Origin: an uncultured virus (IMG/VR IMGVR_UViG_3300031994_000100)
Taxonomy: Duplodnaviria; Heunggongvirae; Uroviricota; Caudoviricetes
IMG/VR virus record: IMGVR_UViG_3300031994_000100
Strand: one strand, 5' to 3'
Length of the DNA: 20,000 bases
The notes beneath the pieces were generated by a model that had not been told where the DNA came from, ran no database searches, and was given only the letters and a program-made list of their open reading frames with translations. Numbering within the stretch: the first letter of the stretch is position 1; the number at the start of each line of letters is the position of its first letter. The position numbers were made by a program, and so were the translations under genes. Of this stretch, positions 7,712 through 16,508 are shown piece by piece.

Positions 7712-9262
7712 GCTGGAATCAACATAAAGCAGTTTTCCGGAATTGATAGCCCCTAAATTCTTATCAACTTTTTCATCAATAATATTCGAATCAATGTTTG
7801 ACTGGATGACTGCCCAATCCAGCCCGGATGCCTGTGTGCCGTCCGTAACACAGATGATCATATCGCCGACTTCGCAAGCCTGTCCGGCATAGGTTCCGGC
7901 GGTTGCGACCTTATAGGTCCACCCGACTTCATGTGTATCTGGGAGTGCAGTCACCGTTCCACCGGCACCGAGCGTGCCTTTGAAAACCATCGCGTCATTG
8001 GCTGCAAACACTTGATTGACGAAGCTTTCCGTGGCGAGCTTGTTGCCGGCAGCATAAAAATCTCCGGCCGCCTTAACTTTTCCATCCCATTGCACCGAAA
8101 ACGCATTATGCCGTACCGTATCGGATGCGCCGTTTCCGATAATGAAAGCTTCGGCGCCATCCGAGAGGTTATACCACTTGGAGCTGTTCCATACACTGTC
8201 CGAATTGGGCGTTTTACAGCCGTATACATTTCCGCTGTTTTTTACAATAGCTCCTGCGACATAACTCTTTCCGGGAATCCAGGCTTCGATATCCGAACCG
8301 GCCGCCGGTGTTGCGGCAACGTTGTAACTACCATGTGCGGACAGGCCTTTTGTATCAGCAATCGTGTTGTGGCCGCTGGCATGGGAATATTGCCCAGACG
8401 CTGTACTGTAGTATCCTTCTGCGTGGGAATATTGTCCGGAAGCGGTTGTTGCCCCTCCCTCTGCGTGAGAACCCTGACCAGAAGCGGCCGTGCTCATACC
8501 CTCCGCATGAGACCCAAAAGCAGTAGCCGACGTTATGTTTCCTTCGGCATGCGCGGCAGTGGCAGACGCTGTTGTTTGACTTCCTTCAGCGTGAGAGTAT
8601 CTGCTGGACGCATTCGTATTTGCACCCTCGGCATGAGCAAAATCACCGGAAACGGTCGTTTGTCCGCCTTCCGCGTGGGCACAATACCCGGATGCAGTAA
8701 CCTCGTATCCGAAAGCAAAACTGTAATCCCCGACATCGGTTGACTCTTTTCGGCCGCAGCTCAATGTCGTGTCGAGAACTGTATTCATTCGGTCCGCTTT
8801 ACCGGAAATATTCTGATGTTCAGTGAGAAAACCGCTGTCGTTTGCCAGATCGGATGTTTTTGTCGGAATACTCGGTTTGTCCGTCAGATCGTTGTAGCTG
8901 ATGATTGGCGCTGACGCGGATGTCCCGCTCGCACAATTTATAAACCAGGCGGTCCCATCGTAAGTAAAAGCCAGCACCGACCCGGCTGTCCACGAAGAGC
9001 TTTCATCAACTCCGACGTGGGTATTCTCATCCTGATAAATCGGCAAATCGCCGGTTGAATTGACGTTCATGGTCGGGTTTTCGGCCGTGTTGGTATTTGT
9101 AAATTTTACCCAGATGGTTACGCCGACGATCAACTGATCAAAGTCTGGGCATGATACAACCTTAGCCGCAACGTCGGCCAAGGTTTCGCATGTGCCATAG
9201 AGGCTCGACCCAACGGGGACAGGGCTTCCTCCGTCAATGGAAATCCGAGCTACATAGCTCAT
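7649..9262 (-). CDS. Fibre/adhesin-like protein with YadA-head-like 14-aa HAEG repeats and a CBM5/12-like module
   Basis: Seven HAEG repeats at a 14-aa period, W.PGKSY.AGAIV...Y.C...W module, SYNDLTDKPSIPTKTSDLANDSGF fibre motif; AAGGAGG RBS. Confidence 0.78.
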   Translation of the reverse strand: MSYVARISIDGGSPVPVGSSLYGTCETLADVAAKVVSCPDFDQLIVGVTIWVKFTNTNTAENPTMNVNSTGDLPIYQDENTHVGVDESSSWTAGSVLAFTYDGTAWFINCASGTSASAPIISYNDLTDKPSIPTKTSDLANDSGFLTEHQNISGKADRMNTVLDTTLSCGRKESTDVGDYSFAFGYEVTASGYCAHAEGGQTTVSGDFAHAEGANTNASSRYSHAEGSQTTASATAAHAEGNITSATAFGSHAEGMSTAASGQGSHAEGGATTASGQYSHAEGYYSTASGQYSHASGHNTIADTKGLSAHGSYNVAATPAAGSDIEAWIPGKSYVAGAIVKNSGNVYGCKTPNSDSVWNSSKWYNLSDGAEAFIIGNGASDTVRHNAFSVQWDGKVKAAGDFYAAGNKLATESFVNQVFAANDAMVFKGTLGAGGTVTALPDTHEVGWTYKVATAGTYAGQACEVGDMIICVTDGTQASGLDWAVIQSNIDSNIIDEKVDKNLGAINSGKLLYVDSSGLITPISLTVDPTTETLQFI

Positions 9263-9346
9263 AGTCTCGAACCTCCTTTCGTTTACTCTGTAATCAGCTC
9301 ATTCATTCCGCTATTTAACAGATTAGTTATTATTTTGATAAAGGCA

Positions 9347-9384
9347 AGCAGCCCCGCCAACGTATCCCGGAGGCGGGGGCTGCT
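9347..9384 (-). terminator. GC-rich hairpin, probable terminator
   Basis: AGCAGCCCCGCC / GGCGGGGGCTGCT inverted repeat in an intergenic gap; weak T tail. Confidence 0.55.
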
Positions 9385-9400
9385 CTGAATAAATGCAAAT

Positions 9401-9598
9401 TCAGCCGTTGCTGTCCACCGCGTCATTCGCGGAAACCACCAGCATCTCGTTATTTGCATCGTATTCTATTTTCATTGACGATCTGTCGGATGAGCCGCCC
9501 TGATGATCCCAGTTTTCTTCCAGGTGTTGAAGGGCGTCTTCGATGGAACCGCCGGTATTCACACCGGAAAGGGCGTTAATTCTATCAACGATCGGCAT
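9401..9598 (-). CDS. Small acidic hypothetical protein
   Basis: AGGTGA RBS; 65 aa; in the gene chain. Confidence 0.65.
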   Translation of the reverse strand: MPIVDRINALSGVNTGGSIEDALQHLEENWDHQGGSSDRSSMKIEYDANNEMLVVSANDAVDSNG

Positions 9599-9611
9599 CG
9601 TATATCACCTG

Positions 9612-9962
9612 TCAAACTGGATGAGGAAAATCGTAGGGGTAAGGGTAGTGACCGCTCATCTGGCTCATCGCAGCGGAATATCCCTGAGAATAGCCGTCAG
9701 CATAGCTCCGACCGCCGTCGCGGCTGACGTACCGTCCGGTCATTGGACTACGTCCACGACGCCCGCTGAAGCCTTCTTCAGGCTGTTCATACTCCTCGGC
9801 TTCCTTCATCGCCTTATAGGTCGCCAGGCTCTTCATCGCGTGAGACAGCTTGTCGACCTTATCAAGATCCTGAACAGACATCTCAGAGCCGTTCTTGAAC
9901 TTCTGTTCCAGAATCTCAAGCTCTTTGCACATCGCCTTTTCAAGGCTTTCAAACTTATTCAT
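9612..9962 (-). CDS. Hypothetical protein (helical N-terminus, R/G/S/Y-rich C-terminus)
   Basis: AAGGAGG RBS; SGRRGRSPMTGRYVSRDG motif. Confidence 0.85.
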   Translation of the reverse strand: MNKFESLEKAMCKELEILEQKFKNGSEMSVQDLDKVDKLSHAMKSLATYKAMKEAEEYEQPEEGFSGRRGRSPMTGRYVSRDGGRSYADGYSQGYSAAMSQMSGHYPYPYDFPHPV

Positions 9963-9975
9963 TGTTCATTCCTCC

Positions 9976-10437
9976 TTACGCAATCCTGAGCCTGGTCACC
10001 TCAACGTTGAGGTTCCGCAGATTCAACGCCGGGGCAGGCGTCGTCTCTGGCGTTGCAGATACGCTTGCGTTCTCAACAGAAACCGTATAGCAACAACAGC
10101 TCGGCACATCAATAATGGCGAAGCCGCTCACGTTCCAGTAATTGTCAACGGCTGCCGGAGTGGCAGCTGAAATGCTGGTGGGAACAATCTCGCCGTCGAT
10201 TGCCAGAGCAAGCTGAATCTCTCCGACGGTTCCGCCGGTAGGCACAGCGATATTGCCGTCATAGGAAACGCGATATCTCGCAAACGGCTGGCATCCCCAA
10301 TTGGTTCCACGAAGGGTCAGAATCCCGCTTCCCGGGCGGTGAAGAACCATGCCACAGTTGCAGCGATTCCCGTCGTTCAAAACAGCGGACGCTCCGGGCT
10401 GTACCAGCTGCACATCGTTATAAACAAACTCTGCCAT
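9976..10437 (-). CDS. Beta-rich hypothetical protein, possibly BclA-C/C1q-like jelly-roll
   Basis: GAGAGGA RBS; GILTLRG, YRVSYDGNIA, SCCCYTVSVEN strand pattern. The fold call is tentative. Confidence 0.7.
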   Translation of the reverse strand: MAEFVYNDVQLVQPGASAVLNDGNRCNCGMVLHRPGSGILTLRGTNWGCQPFARYRVSYDGNIAVPTGGTVGEIQLALAIDGEIVPTSISAATPAAVDNYWNVSGFAIIDVPSCCCYTVSVENASVSATPETTPAPALNLRNLNVEVTRLRIA

Positions 10438-10475
10438 GTTTATCCTCTCCCTGTTAAATATCAGTCATAAAGACC

Positions 10476-10512
10476 AAAAAAGAGGCTGCTTCGCCCGAAC
10501 GAGGCAGCCTCT
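10476..10512 (-). terminator. Intrinsic terminator between the 265-aa and 153-aa genes
   Basis: AGAGGCTGCCTCG-loop-CGAAGCAGCCTCT followed by a T run on the minus strand. Confidence 0.8.
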
Positions 10513-10538
10513 AAATGACTAAATTCCGAGGAATATAA

Positions 10539-11336
10539 TTAAGTTCCGGCGTACCCACCGCATCCGCCATAGCCAAAGCCATTGCCACAGCAGTTGGGAT
10601 TCTGCACCACGTAAGCAGGCCGCGGAACCGGAGCCAGATACTGCTCAAGGGCAGAAGTCTGTGCTTCATTGTTCGCCAGAATCTGCGCAGTCTGCGCGCC
10701 CTGAGACGCAGCAAACCGCAGCGCCTGATTGTCGCTCCTAGCCTGATCCAGCGCGTTCTGCATACCGGCAATGCGATTCTCGTAGTTCTGACGGATTCCG
10801 TCGAGCTCCAGCTGGCACAGCTTGTCCATCACGGCCTTGCTGTTCGCGTCGCAGTTAGCCCGGGTAGCAGCAGCTTCCTGAGCAATGGCAGTATTCAGGC
10901 CGGCCGTGGCCAGACGATTCTCGCAACAGCAGTTCTGGAAGGAAGACTGCAGTGCAAAATTCTGGTTCATATCAGCCATCTGGCGGTTATTCGCGGAAAT
11001 TTCAGCCTGAGCGAAACCTCCGGAGATCGCCTGATTCACGCCCGCAAACCCGGTGGCCATGCCGTTATTCACACCGGCAAAGCCGTTGCACAGAGCGGTC
11101 TGAATACCGTTGATCCCGGTCGTCACAGCACTCTGATCGAAACCGCGCTGAATATCCGCGCCAACAAATCCGCCGCCGTTGCCGGCGCCATTCCCACCGA
11201 AGCCGTTGCCCCACCCGAGAATAGCCAGCAGAATAATGATCCACCAGGCGCTGTTGCCGCCAAACATTCCGTCGTTTCCATATCCGCCATAAGCGGGAGC
11301 CACGGGCATGTACATTCCATTATTTTCGGTAGTCAT
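10539..11336 (-). CDS. Gly/Asn/Ala-rich protein with a hydrophobic segment, CCCE motif, coiled coil and Cys/Gly tail
   Basis: AAAGGA RBS; WWIIILLAILGWG; NCCCENR; NPNCCGNGFGYGGCGG. Confidence 0.88.
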   Translation of the reverse strand: MTTENNGMYMPVAPAYGGYGNDGMFGGNSAWWIIILLAILGWGNGFGGNGAGNGGGFVGADIQRGFDQSAVTTGINGIQTALCNGFAGVNNGMATGFAGVNQAISGGFAQAEISANNRQMADMNQNFALQSSFQNCCCENRLATAGLNTAIAQEAAATRANCDANSKAVMDKLCQLELDGIRQNYENRIAGMQNALDQARSDNQALRFAASQGAQTAQILANNEAQTSALEQYLAPVPRPAYVVQNPNCCGNGFGYGGCGGYAGT

Positions 11337-11596
11337 CGTTTAAAACATCCTTTCTATATTCGGTAAGTTCTTTTGAGCAATAATCCGACAAAGCTAATTA
11401 GCCCAATGGAACCACCGCCTTCCTTATAGGTTTTTGCTAGGAAATAGTGTTTTTATGCTAAAATCAGCGTTGCTGACTTAACATCATGAAATTGTCGCTA
11501 AGCGACGTAAACAAGTCATCTGCGCCGTTTACGTAAATAGCGACTCTTCCGTTAAAGCGATTTAGTTTTAGTGATTGATGTGATTTAAAGTGTTAT

Positions 11597-11863
11597 TTAA
11601 GTCACAACCTGATTCCAGAACTCAGACTTGTCGTGAAGGATCTGAATACCATTTTCCAGACAGTATTCATGCTCTTTGTAGCAATCAACATCGTCTTCCC
11701 ATTCATCCACAAACCAAGCACAATCAGCTTTTTCAACGGAATCGACAACAGTGAGCTTCCCTTTTGCTTCCTTTTCCGCTTCTGCAACCGCTTTTTCGGT
11801 CTGCTCTTTAATGACCCCATATGTTTTGTACTTCCGATCAATGCTAACATACAGTTTTTTCAT
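11597..11863 (-). CDS. Small protein, DUF4406/deoxyribosyltransferase-like (divergent)
   Basis: ADCAWFVDEWE...C..EHEYC...GI.I resembles the C-terminal half of that family. Confidence 0.6.
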   Translation of the reverse strand: MKKLYVSIDRKYKTYGVIKEQTEKAVAEAEKEAKGKLTVVDSVEKADCAWFVDEWEDDVDCYKEHEYCLENGIQILHDKSEFWNQVVT

Positions 11864-11878
11864 ATCTCATTCACCCCT

Positions 11879-14311
11879 TTATGCGCTGACAACATTCGGC
11901 AACCACTTCTTCATTCCAGCCCAGATCGTTCTTGCGCTTTGCCTTGCGCCAAGATCGTTCATGTGGATATTGTCCAGAAGGTATTGTGGCGTATTTTCTG
12001 AAATTTCACTTTCTTTATTTTCCCATATGATATGCACACCAAGGCTTTCAACACATTTTCCGATTTCCTCATAATATTCAAACTGTGTCTGATTGTTAGT
12101 GTTTTTTGCTGTTGATGCAGTGATCCCTTTGCCATAATGGTCAAGCACAACAAACAAGCTAATATCTGCATTCTGCGAATAGATATAGTTGATTGCAGAT
12201 CGCACACAGCCGCATACAGATGTTTCAGCAGTATCATACCAGTTGCCGAGCTTATCATAGTTATGATAGTAATCGTTCACGAAGCCTTCAAGAATACAGA
12301 CACGTTTGTTGGCAAATGATGCATACGATTTAATTCTGGCGAGAATATCAAGTGACGGATAGTCTTCCCGAGCGAGAATTGTCGCGGAACCGATACCCTG
12401 ATTGTCAAACGTAATCCCGGAAAGCGCAGGAAGATATTGCAGATAACCGCCTGTTGTCTGCGCCCGATATGTCAAACTTGTGCCGAAAGCTACGCCTTGC
12501 AACCAATACCATTCTGAACTACTGTCTATATCGCTTTCGATATCTGCAAGCCTTTCGCTCAGAGTGTTAAACTCTCCACGGGCATTAACAACTTCTTGAA
12601 CATTAAATGTAAACGGAGCATCAACTGAATCGAGCGGCTCATAACTTGAATCAGTTTCATACACGGTAAATTCAGTGTATGTTGCAATGCCGAATATAAA
12701 TCTTGCGTAGTGTGCATTTATCGGCATCAAAAATTTCGCTGTACGGTCGCTTTGATACGATATTTGTCCGCCATAAGATTCATCTTCGTTGTACCACAGC
12801 GCGAAAACGTTGTTGAAGTTCGTCTTGTAATAGTGAGCTCCTTCTACTGGAATCAGTTCAGTTTGCCCTAAAGTCGCCGATTGGTGAAAGGTTGTTCCAT
12901 CACTGTAATAACCATTCATCAGGTTATCTTCGCTATTTTTATTGAAAAGATTTAACGGCTGATAATACTGATAAAGTCCGGTCAACTTGGACAGATCATA
13001 AACACGCAGTTCCTCACAGTGTACATAAAATGATCCAAGGATCGAAAGCACTATCGGAATCCTACAGTAAACTGCTCCATCCAGCGGAATATAGTATCCA
13101 GCCTGTTGAGGATCAATGTACCCGATAAAATTCTTGTTTTCGTCATACCACAAAGAGAATGCCGTAGATACATTATTTGTGGTAATTTTCATAACACCGT
13201 TTATCCAGATGTAATCGGTCATGCCAACAGTTGAGGATGAAACAAAGGTATTTGTTCGATCATAATACCCGTTGTAGACATTCCCTTCGGCATCCGGATC
13301 AAACATATTGTAGTATTCGGAACCATCTATACTTAACAGCCCAAACTTCTTAAGCAATTCCTGACTTTTCCGAAATACTTGTTGTGTCATTTCAAGGGGA
13401 ATCTGCGGATTATACGGGACATAAGGTAGCAATGTTGTTCCTTCGTTGACCATAAAGGAATTTAGAATTTGCTTATTAAACGGTATCCGAACGAAGTATG
13501 CCCCATCGGGTGCTGTTATATACCCGTCAACAGTAAAATCTGTGTATTTGATAAAGGAATCGTTTGAGTTTTTAGAATACCAAAGCACATAGCCGTCTGA
13601 CGATTTGTTGAAGTTGTAATTCCTTCCGGGAGAAACGCTGATAAAGCCTGAGCTTCGTATGCTGTTACTAGGTACAAGTGTGTTGGTATGATTATAATAT
13701 CCAGTAGTTGTAATGTCTGGATCGTCTTTATTGAATAAATTTGTTACGCCATCGAAAAACGTTGTTCTCTCAGGGTCGATTTTTAACTGTGCATTGTCAT
13801 TTAATGCGCTCTTTAAATCACTAATCTCATCCTCAAAACTCACAGCATCCCAATGCGCCGCAGTCCACGCTTCCGACGTGGTAATCTCCTGGTTTGCCAC
13901 GTACGGCTTATCAGCATAAAGGCAATAAGTCCCTTCAGCAACCGGATAGGTCAAATCCTCATACTTGGTAGCGATAATAACCGTATCTCCGCGATCGCCC
14001 TTTTCTCCGGTCGCTCCCGTCGCACCGGTGGGAATGCCAAAAGTAAGCTTCGGAGCTCCGCCGACAAGTGCAGAAGTGACTGTCGGAGAACTGCCTTCGG
14101 GAAGTTGAGTAGCGTCGGCAGATACCTGAACCATATTCGTCCACACCGTCCCGCCATCGCCATCCGAAGCCAGTACCTGACCTTCCGTACCATCCGTGCT
14201 CGGCTTATCTAGCTTTACGCTGTCAAGTTCTGTGATCGACTCGCGGGCAGTTTCATCCTTAAAGTTATAAACCGTTCCCGACAAAAGTCTGATTTTACTA
14301 ATATCTGCCAT
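11879..14311 (-). CDS. Mosaic fibre-like protein with three beta-rich repeats and a C-terminal SGNH/GDSL hydrolase
   Basis: Short collagen stretch, CBM-like segment, three N[LM]F...GYY repeats, SGNH blocks FGTSLT / GIGS / GFVND / DNIH. Confidence 0.8.
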   Translation of the reverse strand: MADISKIRLLSGTVYNFKDETARESITELDSVKLDKPSTDGTEGQVLASDGDGGTVWTNMVQVSADATQLPEGSSPTVTSALVGGAPKLTFGIPTGATGATGEKGDRGDTVIIATKYEDLTYPVAEGTYCLYADKPYVANQEITTSEAWTAAHWDAVSFEDEISDLKSALNDNAQLKIDPERTTFFDGVTNLFNKDDPDITTTGYYNHTNTLVPSNSIRSSGFISVSPGRNYNFNKSSDGYVLWYSKNSNDSFIKYTDFTVDGYITAPDGAYFVRIPFNKQILNSFMVNEGTTLLPYVPYNPQIPLEMTQQVFRKSQELLKKFGLLSIDGSEYYNMFDPDAEGNVYNGYYDRTNTFVSSSTVGMTDYIWINGVMKITTNNVSTAFSLWYDENKNFIGYIDPQQAGYYIPLDGAVYCRIPIVLSILGSFYVHCEELRVYDLSKLTGLYQYYQPLNLFNKNSEDNLMNGYYSDGTTFHQSATLGQTELIPVEGAHYYKTNFNNVFALWYNEDESYGGQISYQSDRTAKFLMPINAHYARFIFGIATYTEFTVYETDSSYEPLDSVDAPFTFNVQEVVNARGEFNTLSERLADIESDIDSSSEWYWLQGVAFGTSLTYRAQTTGGYLQYLPALSGITFDNQGIGSATILAREDYPSLDILARIKSYASFANKRVCILEGFVNDYYHNYDKLGNWYDTAETSVCGCVRSAINYIYSQNADISLFVVLDHYGKGITASTAKNTNNQTQFEYYEEIGKCVESLGVHIIWENKESEISENTPQYLLDNIHMNDLGARQSARTIWAGMKKWLPNVVSA

Positions 14312-14313
14312 TT

Positions 14314-14583
14314 TTATCGTCCTCCATGAAACGGAAATTGTCCGAGAATCTGCTGAATCTGACCGTTGTCAATCCCTCGGGTCTGCTGAATGTATCCAAG
14401 AATCTGCTGCGGATCATTCATCATACTGTCCGGAACATCCGGAAACTGCTGCTTTACAAACGCCGCCGGATTGGTCAGCGTCCGTAAAATATAATTCGCT
14501 TTTTGAAGCGGGTTATTAAACGCCGGTCCGCGACCGGACTGCTGCATCGCTCCCGCAAGCAATTGCTGATATAGCGGATTCAC
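14314..14583 (-). CDS. Gln/Asn/Pro-rich hypothetical protein (MNPLYQQL...)
   Basis: 89-aa ORF coupled to its neighbours. Confidence 0.8.
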   Translation of the reverse strand: MNPLYQQLLAGAMQQSGRGPAFNNPLQKANYILRTLTNPAAFVKQQFPDVPDSMMNDPQQILGYIQQTRGIDNGQIQQILGQFPFHGGR

Positions 14584-14589
14584 TCGCCG

Positions 14590-15090
14590 TCACCCCCGGC
14601 CGTTTCCGTTTGCGTTATTATTTCGATTTTGATTTTTCTGCGCATTTTCCGCATTCATCCTGGCGATCTCCTGCTTCAGCATGTCAAAATCCTCTTTCGT
14701 AACATACTGACTCATGTCCGCGCCCGACTGCTGCGTACCAGACTGCCCACTCATCAGCAGCGGATTCGGCTGCTCCTCAATCGTGTAATGCAGCTTCTGC
14801 ATCGGATTGGGAATCCCGTTCTGGTTCACGCTTTTCAAATAAATTACTTTATCGGTGCTGTCCCACAACGCAATCGGACTGTTCGCCGGCCATCCGGCAG
14901 GAATCTGAAATGCTTTGGCGCCGATCTCACCGTCAACCCACTCCATTGCCTTTACCTGCGGAGCGGCGGCGTAAGAGGCCTGGCCGACATAGTTCCCGCT
15001 CATATACTGAGGACTCTGCGGAACGATAGGGGCCGCCTGAGAATAATTCGGCTGCTGATAAAAATTGTAAGGATTGTAATAATTCGGCAT
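14590..15090 (-). CDS. Tyr/Gln/Pro-rich hypothetical protein
   Basis: GAGGAAGG RBS; low-complexity N-terminus, WVDGE..AKAF...LWDS...YLKS core, YVTKEDF tail. Confidence 0.85.
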   Translation of the reverse strand: MPNYYNPYNFYQQPNYSQAAPIVPQSPQYMSGNYVGQASYAAAPQVKAMEWVDGEIGAKAFQIPAGWPANSPIALWDSTDKVIYLKSVNQNGIPNPMQKLHYTIEEQPNPLLMSGQSGTQQSGADMSQYVTKEDFDMLKQEIARMNAENAQKNQNRNNNANGNGRG

Positions 15091-15115
15091 AAACGTAACA
15101 CCTTCCTCAAAAAGT

Positions 15116-15490
15116 CTATTTCACTCGCCAGAAAAAGCTCGGAATCTCGTCTCCGGAATCCCAGCTGTCGTAGTAATCTCCATCGATAACTGCAACGGCA
15201 TGACTTCCGGTTCCGACAATGTAAACACCAATCGGATGCATTTGACTGAAGAGCCGGATGGTTACACAGCTGGGGCAGCTTTCCGGCAGAAGAAACGGCT
15301 CAAAGCCCTGCTGATAAAGATACTTGCCCCACACTGCGTCTGCACTCGGCATGTTGTATTCCTTCCGACCCAACGCGCATAAATCGTCATACACGTCAAG
15401 CCACTTCCGGTTTAAAGCCAAAGAAATAGCCCGGACCACACAGTCCGGGACTTCTTTATGGCCGGGATTCGGATTACTTCTCATCCACAT
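15116..15490 (-). CDS. Papain-like (C39-like) Cys-His-Asp peptidase-fold protein
   Basis: DCVVRAIS, GSHAVAV, YYDSWDS. Probable start ATG 15490, directly after the upstream stop. Confidence 0.7.
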   Translation of the reverse strand: MWMRSNPNPGHKEVPDCVVRAISLALNRKWLDVYDDLCALGRKEYNMPSADAVWGKYLYQQGFEPFLLPESCPSCVTIRLFSQMHPIGVYIVGTGSHAVAVIDGDYYDSWDSGDEIPSFFWRVK

Positions 15491-15491
15491 T

Positions 15492-15755
15492 TCAGATGTT
15501 CGCCACCCATGCACATGCGGCCCAGTCCATCAGCTGCTCGCTGACTTCGACCGGGTTTCCTTTTTTATCCAGATACGCGTACGCTTTGTCCGTCGTCGAA
15601 AGACAGGGCCCGCCGTTGATAATACATCCGGTTTTCTGGCAGGCCCCGTTCCTGCGAATGTCACACAGCCAGCATTTCTTCTGCGGCCTGGTTACAATGC
15701 TGTTTTCTTCGATCCTTTCGGTAACGAAGTCTTCAAGCTCCTGCTCGGTGATCAT
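15492..15755 (-). CDS. Cys-rich hypothetical protein
   Basis: CWLC...C...C...C; ATGA overlap with the holin stop. Confidence 0.7.
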   Translation of the reverse strand: MITEQELEDFVTERIEENSIVTRPQKKCWLCDIRRNGACQKTGCIINGGPCLSTTDKAYAYLDKKGNPVEVSEQLMDWAACAWVANI

Positions 15756-16030
15756 TCCTCCACATCCTCTGTGGGAGGATCCTGCCAGGGCTCGTCATAT
15801 CCGAGCGCACGGTCGCTGTCCCCAATGCCGGCCGTTGTCGGGTCAACCAGCACACCGATCAGGCCGAGGAAGGTCAAAACCTGACTGATCACACTCATGA
15901 TGGTGTTTTCAGTAACTACGGGCACCACGTCAAACAGCTTCAGGATGTTGAACGCAAAGCCAACGATAATGCTGATAAACATCGTCAACCAGGTCTTGTT
16001 CTTAAAACGTACTTTCCAATTGATTTTCAT
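15752..16030 (-). CDS. Holin, phiLC3 family
   Basis: MKINWKVRFKNK.W, two TM segments, GVLVDPTTAGIGDSDRALGY. Confidence 0.92.
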   Translation of the reverse strand: MKINWKVRFKNKTWLTMFISIIVGFAFNILKLFDVVPVVTENTIMSVISQVLTFLGLIGVLVDPTTAGIGDSDRALGYDEPWQDPPTEDVEE

Positions 16031-16052
16031 TTTGATTTATCCTCCCATCGTG

Positions 16053-16490
16053 TCACAGCCGTTCCGCAAGATACTTCTGCAGCTCGACCTTCGCGTCTTC
16101 AACTTTCTCGTTGTTACCGATATTTCCATAGGTGCTGATCACGAGCATGAATTTACAGATGGCGGCCAGCCCATCCCGGATCTCTTTACTGTTCTGGCGC
16201 ATGTCGGCGATGAATGACTCATGGTTATCCAGCCGTTTCTTGTCCTGCGCCAGGTTCTTCTCAATCTCCTTGAATCGCGGTTCCAGCTTATCAATGACTT
16301 TTTGACTTACTTCTTCCGCAAAGCTTGGCTGTTCCGACTCTTTCTTCTTATGCCGTCTCTCAATAATGGTATGTATGGCATCGTATACCTTATACCCAAT
16401 CATGAATAAAAGGCATAACGCCAGCATCCCATAAATGGTGGTCCACAGCACTTGTGGCGTAAAGTTCTCAACCGTTGGCAAGTTACCCAC
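16053..16490 (-). CDS. Lysis-cassette membrane protein (1 TM plus coiled coil)
   Basis: Hydrophobic N-terminal helix and heptad-like region; lies between endolysin and holin. Confidence 0.75.
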   Translation of the reverse strand: MGNLPTVENFTPQVLWTTIYGMLALCLLFMIGYKVYDAIHTIIERRHKKKESEQPSFAEEVSQKVIDKLEPRFKEIEKNLAQDKKRLDNHESFIADMRQNSKEIRDGLAAICKFMLVISTYGNIGNNEKVEDAKVELQKYLAERL

Positions 16491-16508
16491 CGACCTTTCT
16501 ACTCAACT

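Noticed and set aside
11354..11425. Possible small hydrophobic peptide (GGGSIGLISFVGLLLKRTYRI), type I toxin-like
   Set aside because: No in-frame start codon upstream of the hydrophobic stretch; the start following the SD-like sequence is in another frame and stops almost immediately.
11425..11460. GCATA box as a sporulation sigma (F/G) promoter upstream of the 265-aa gene
   Set aside because: The -10 match is poor at canonical spacing; insufficient support.
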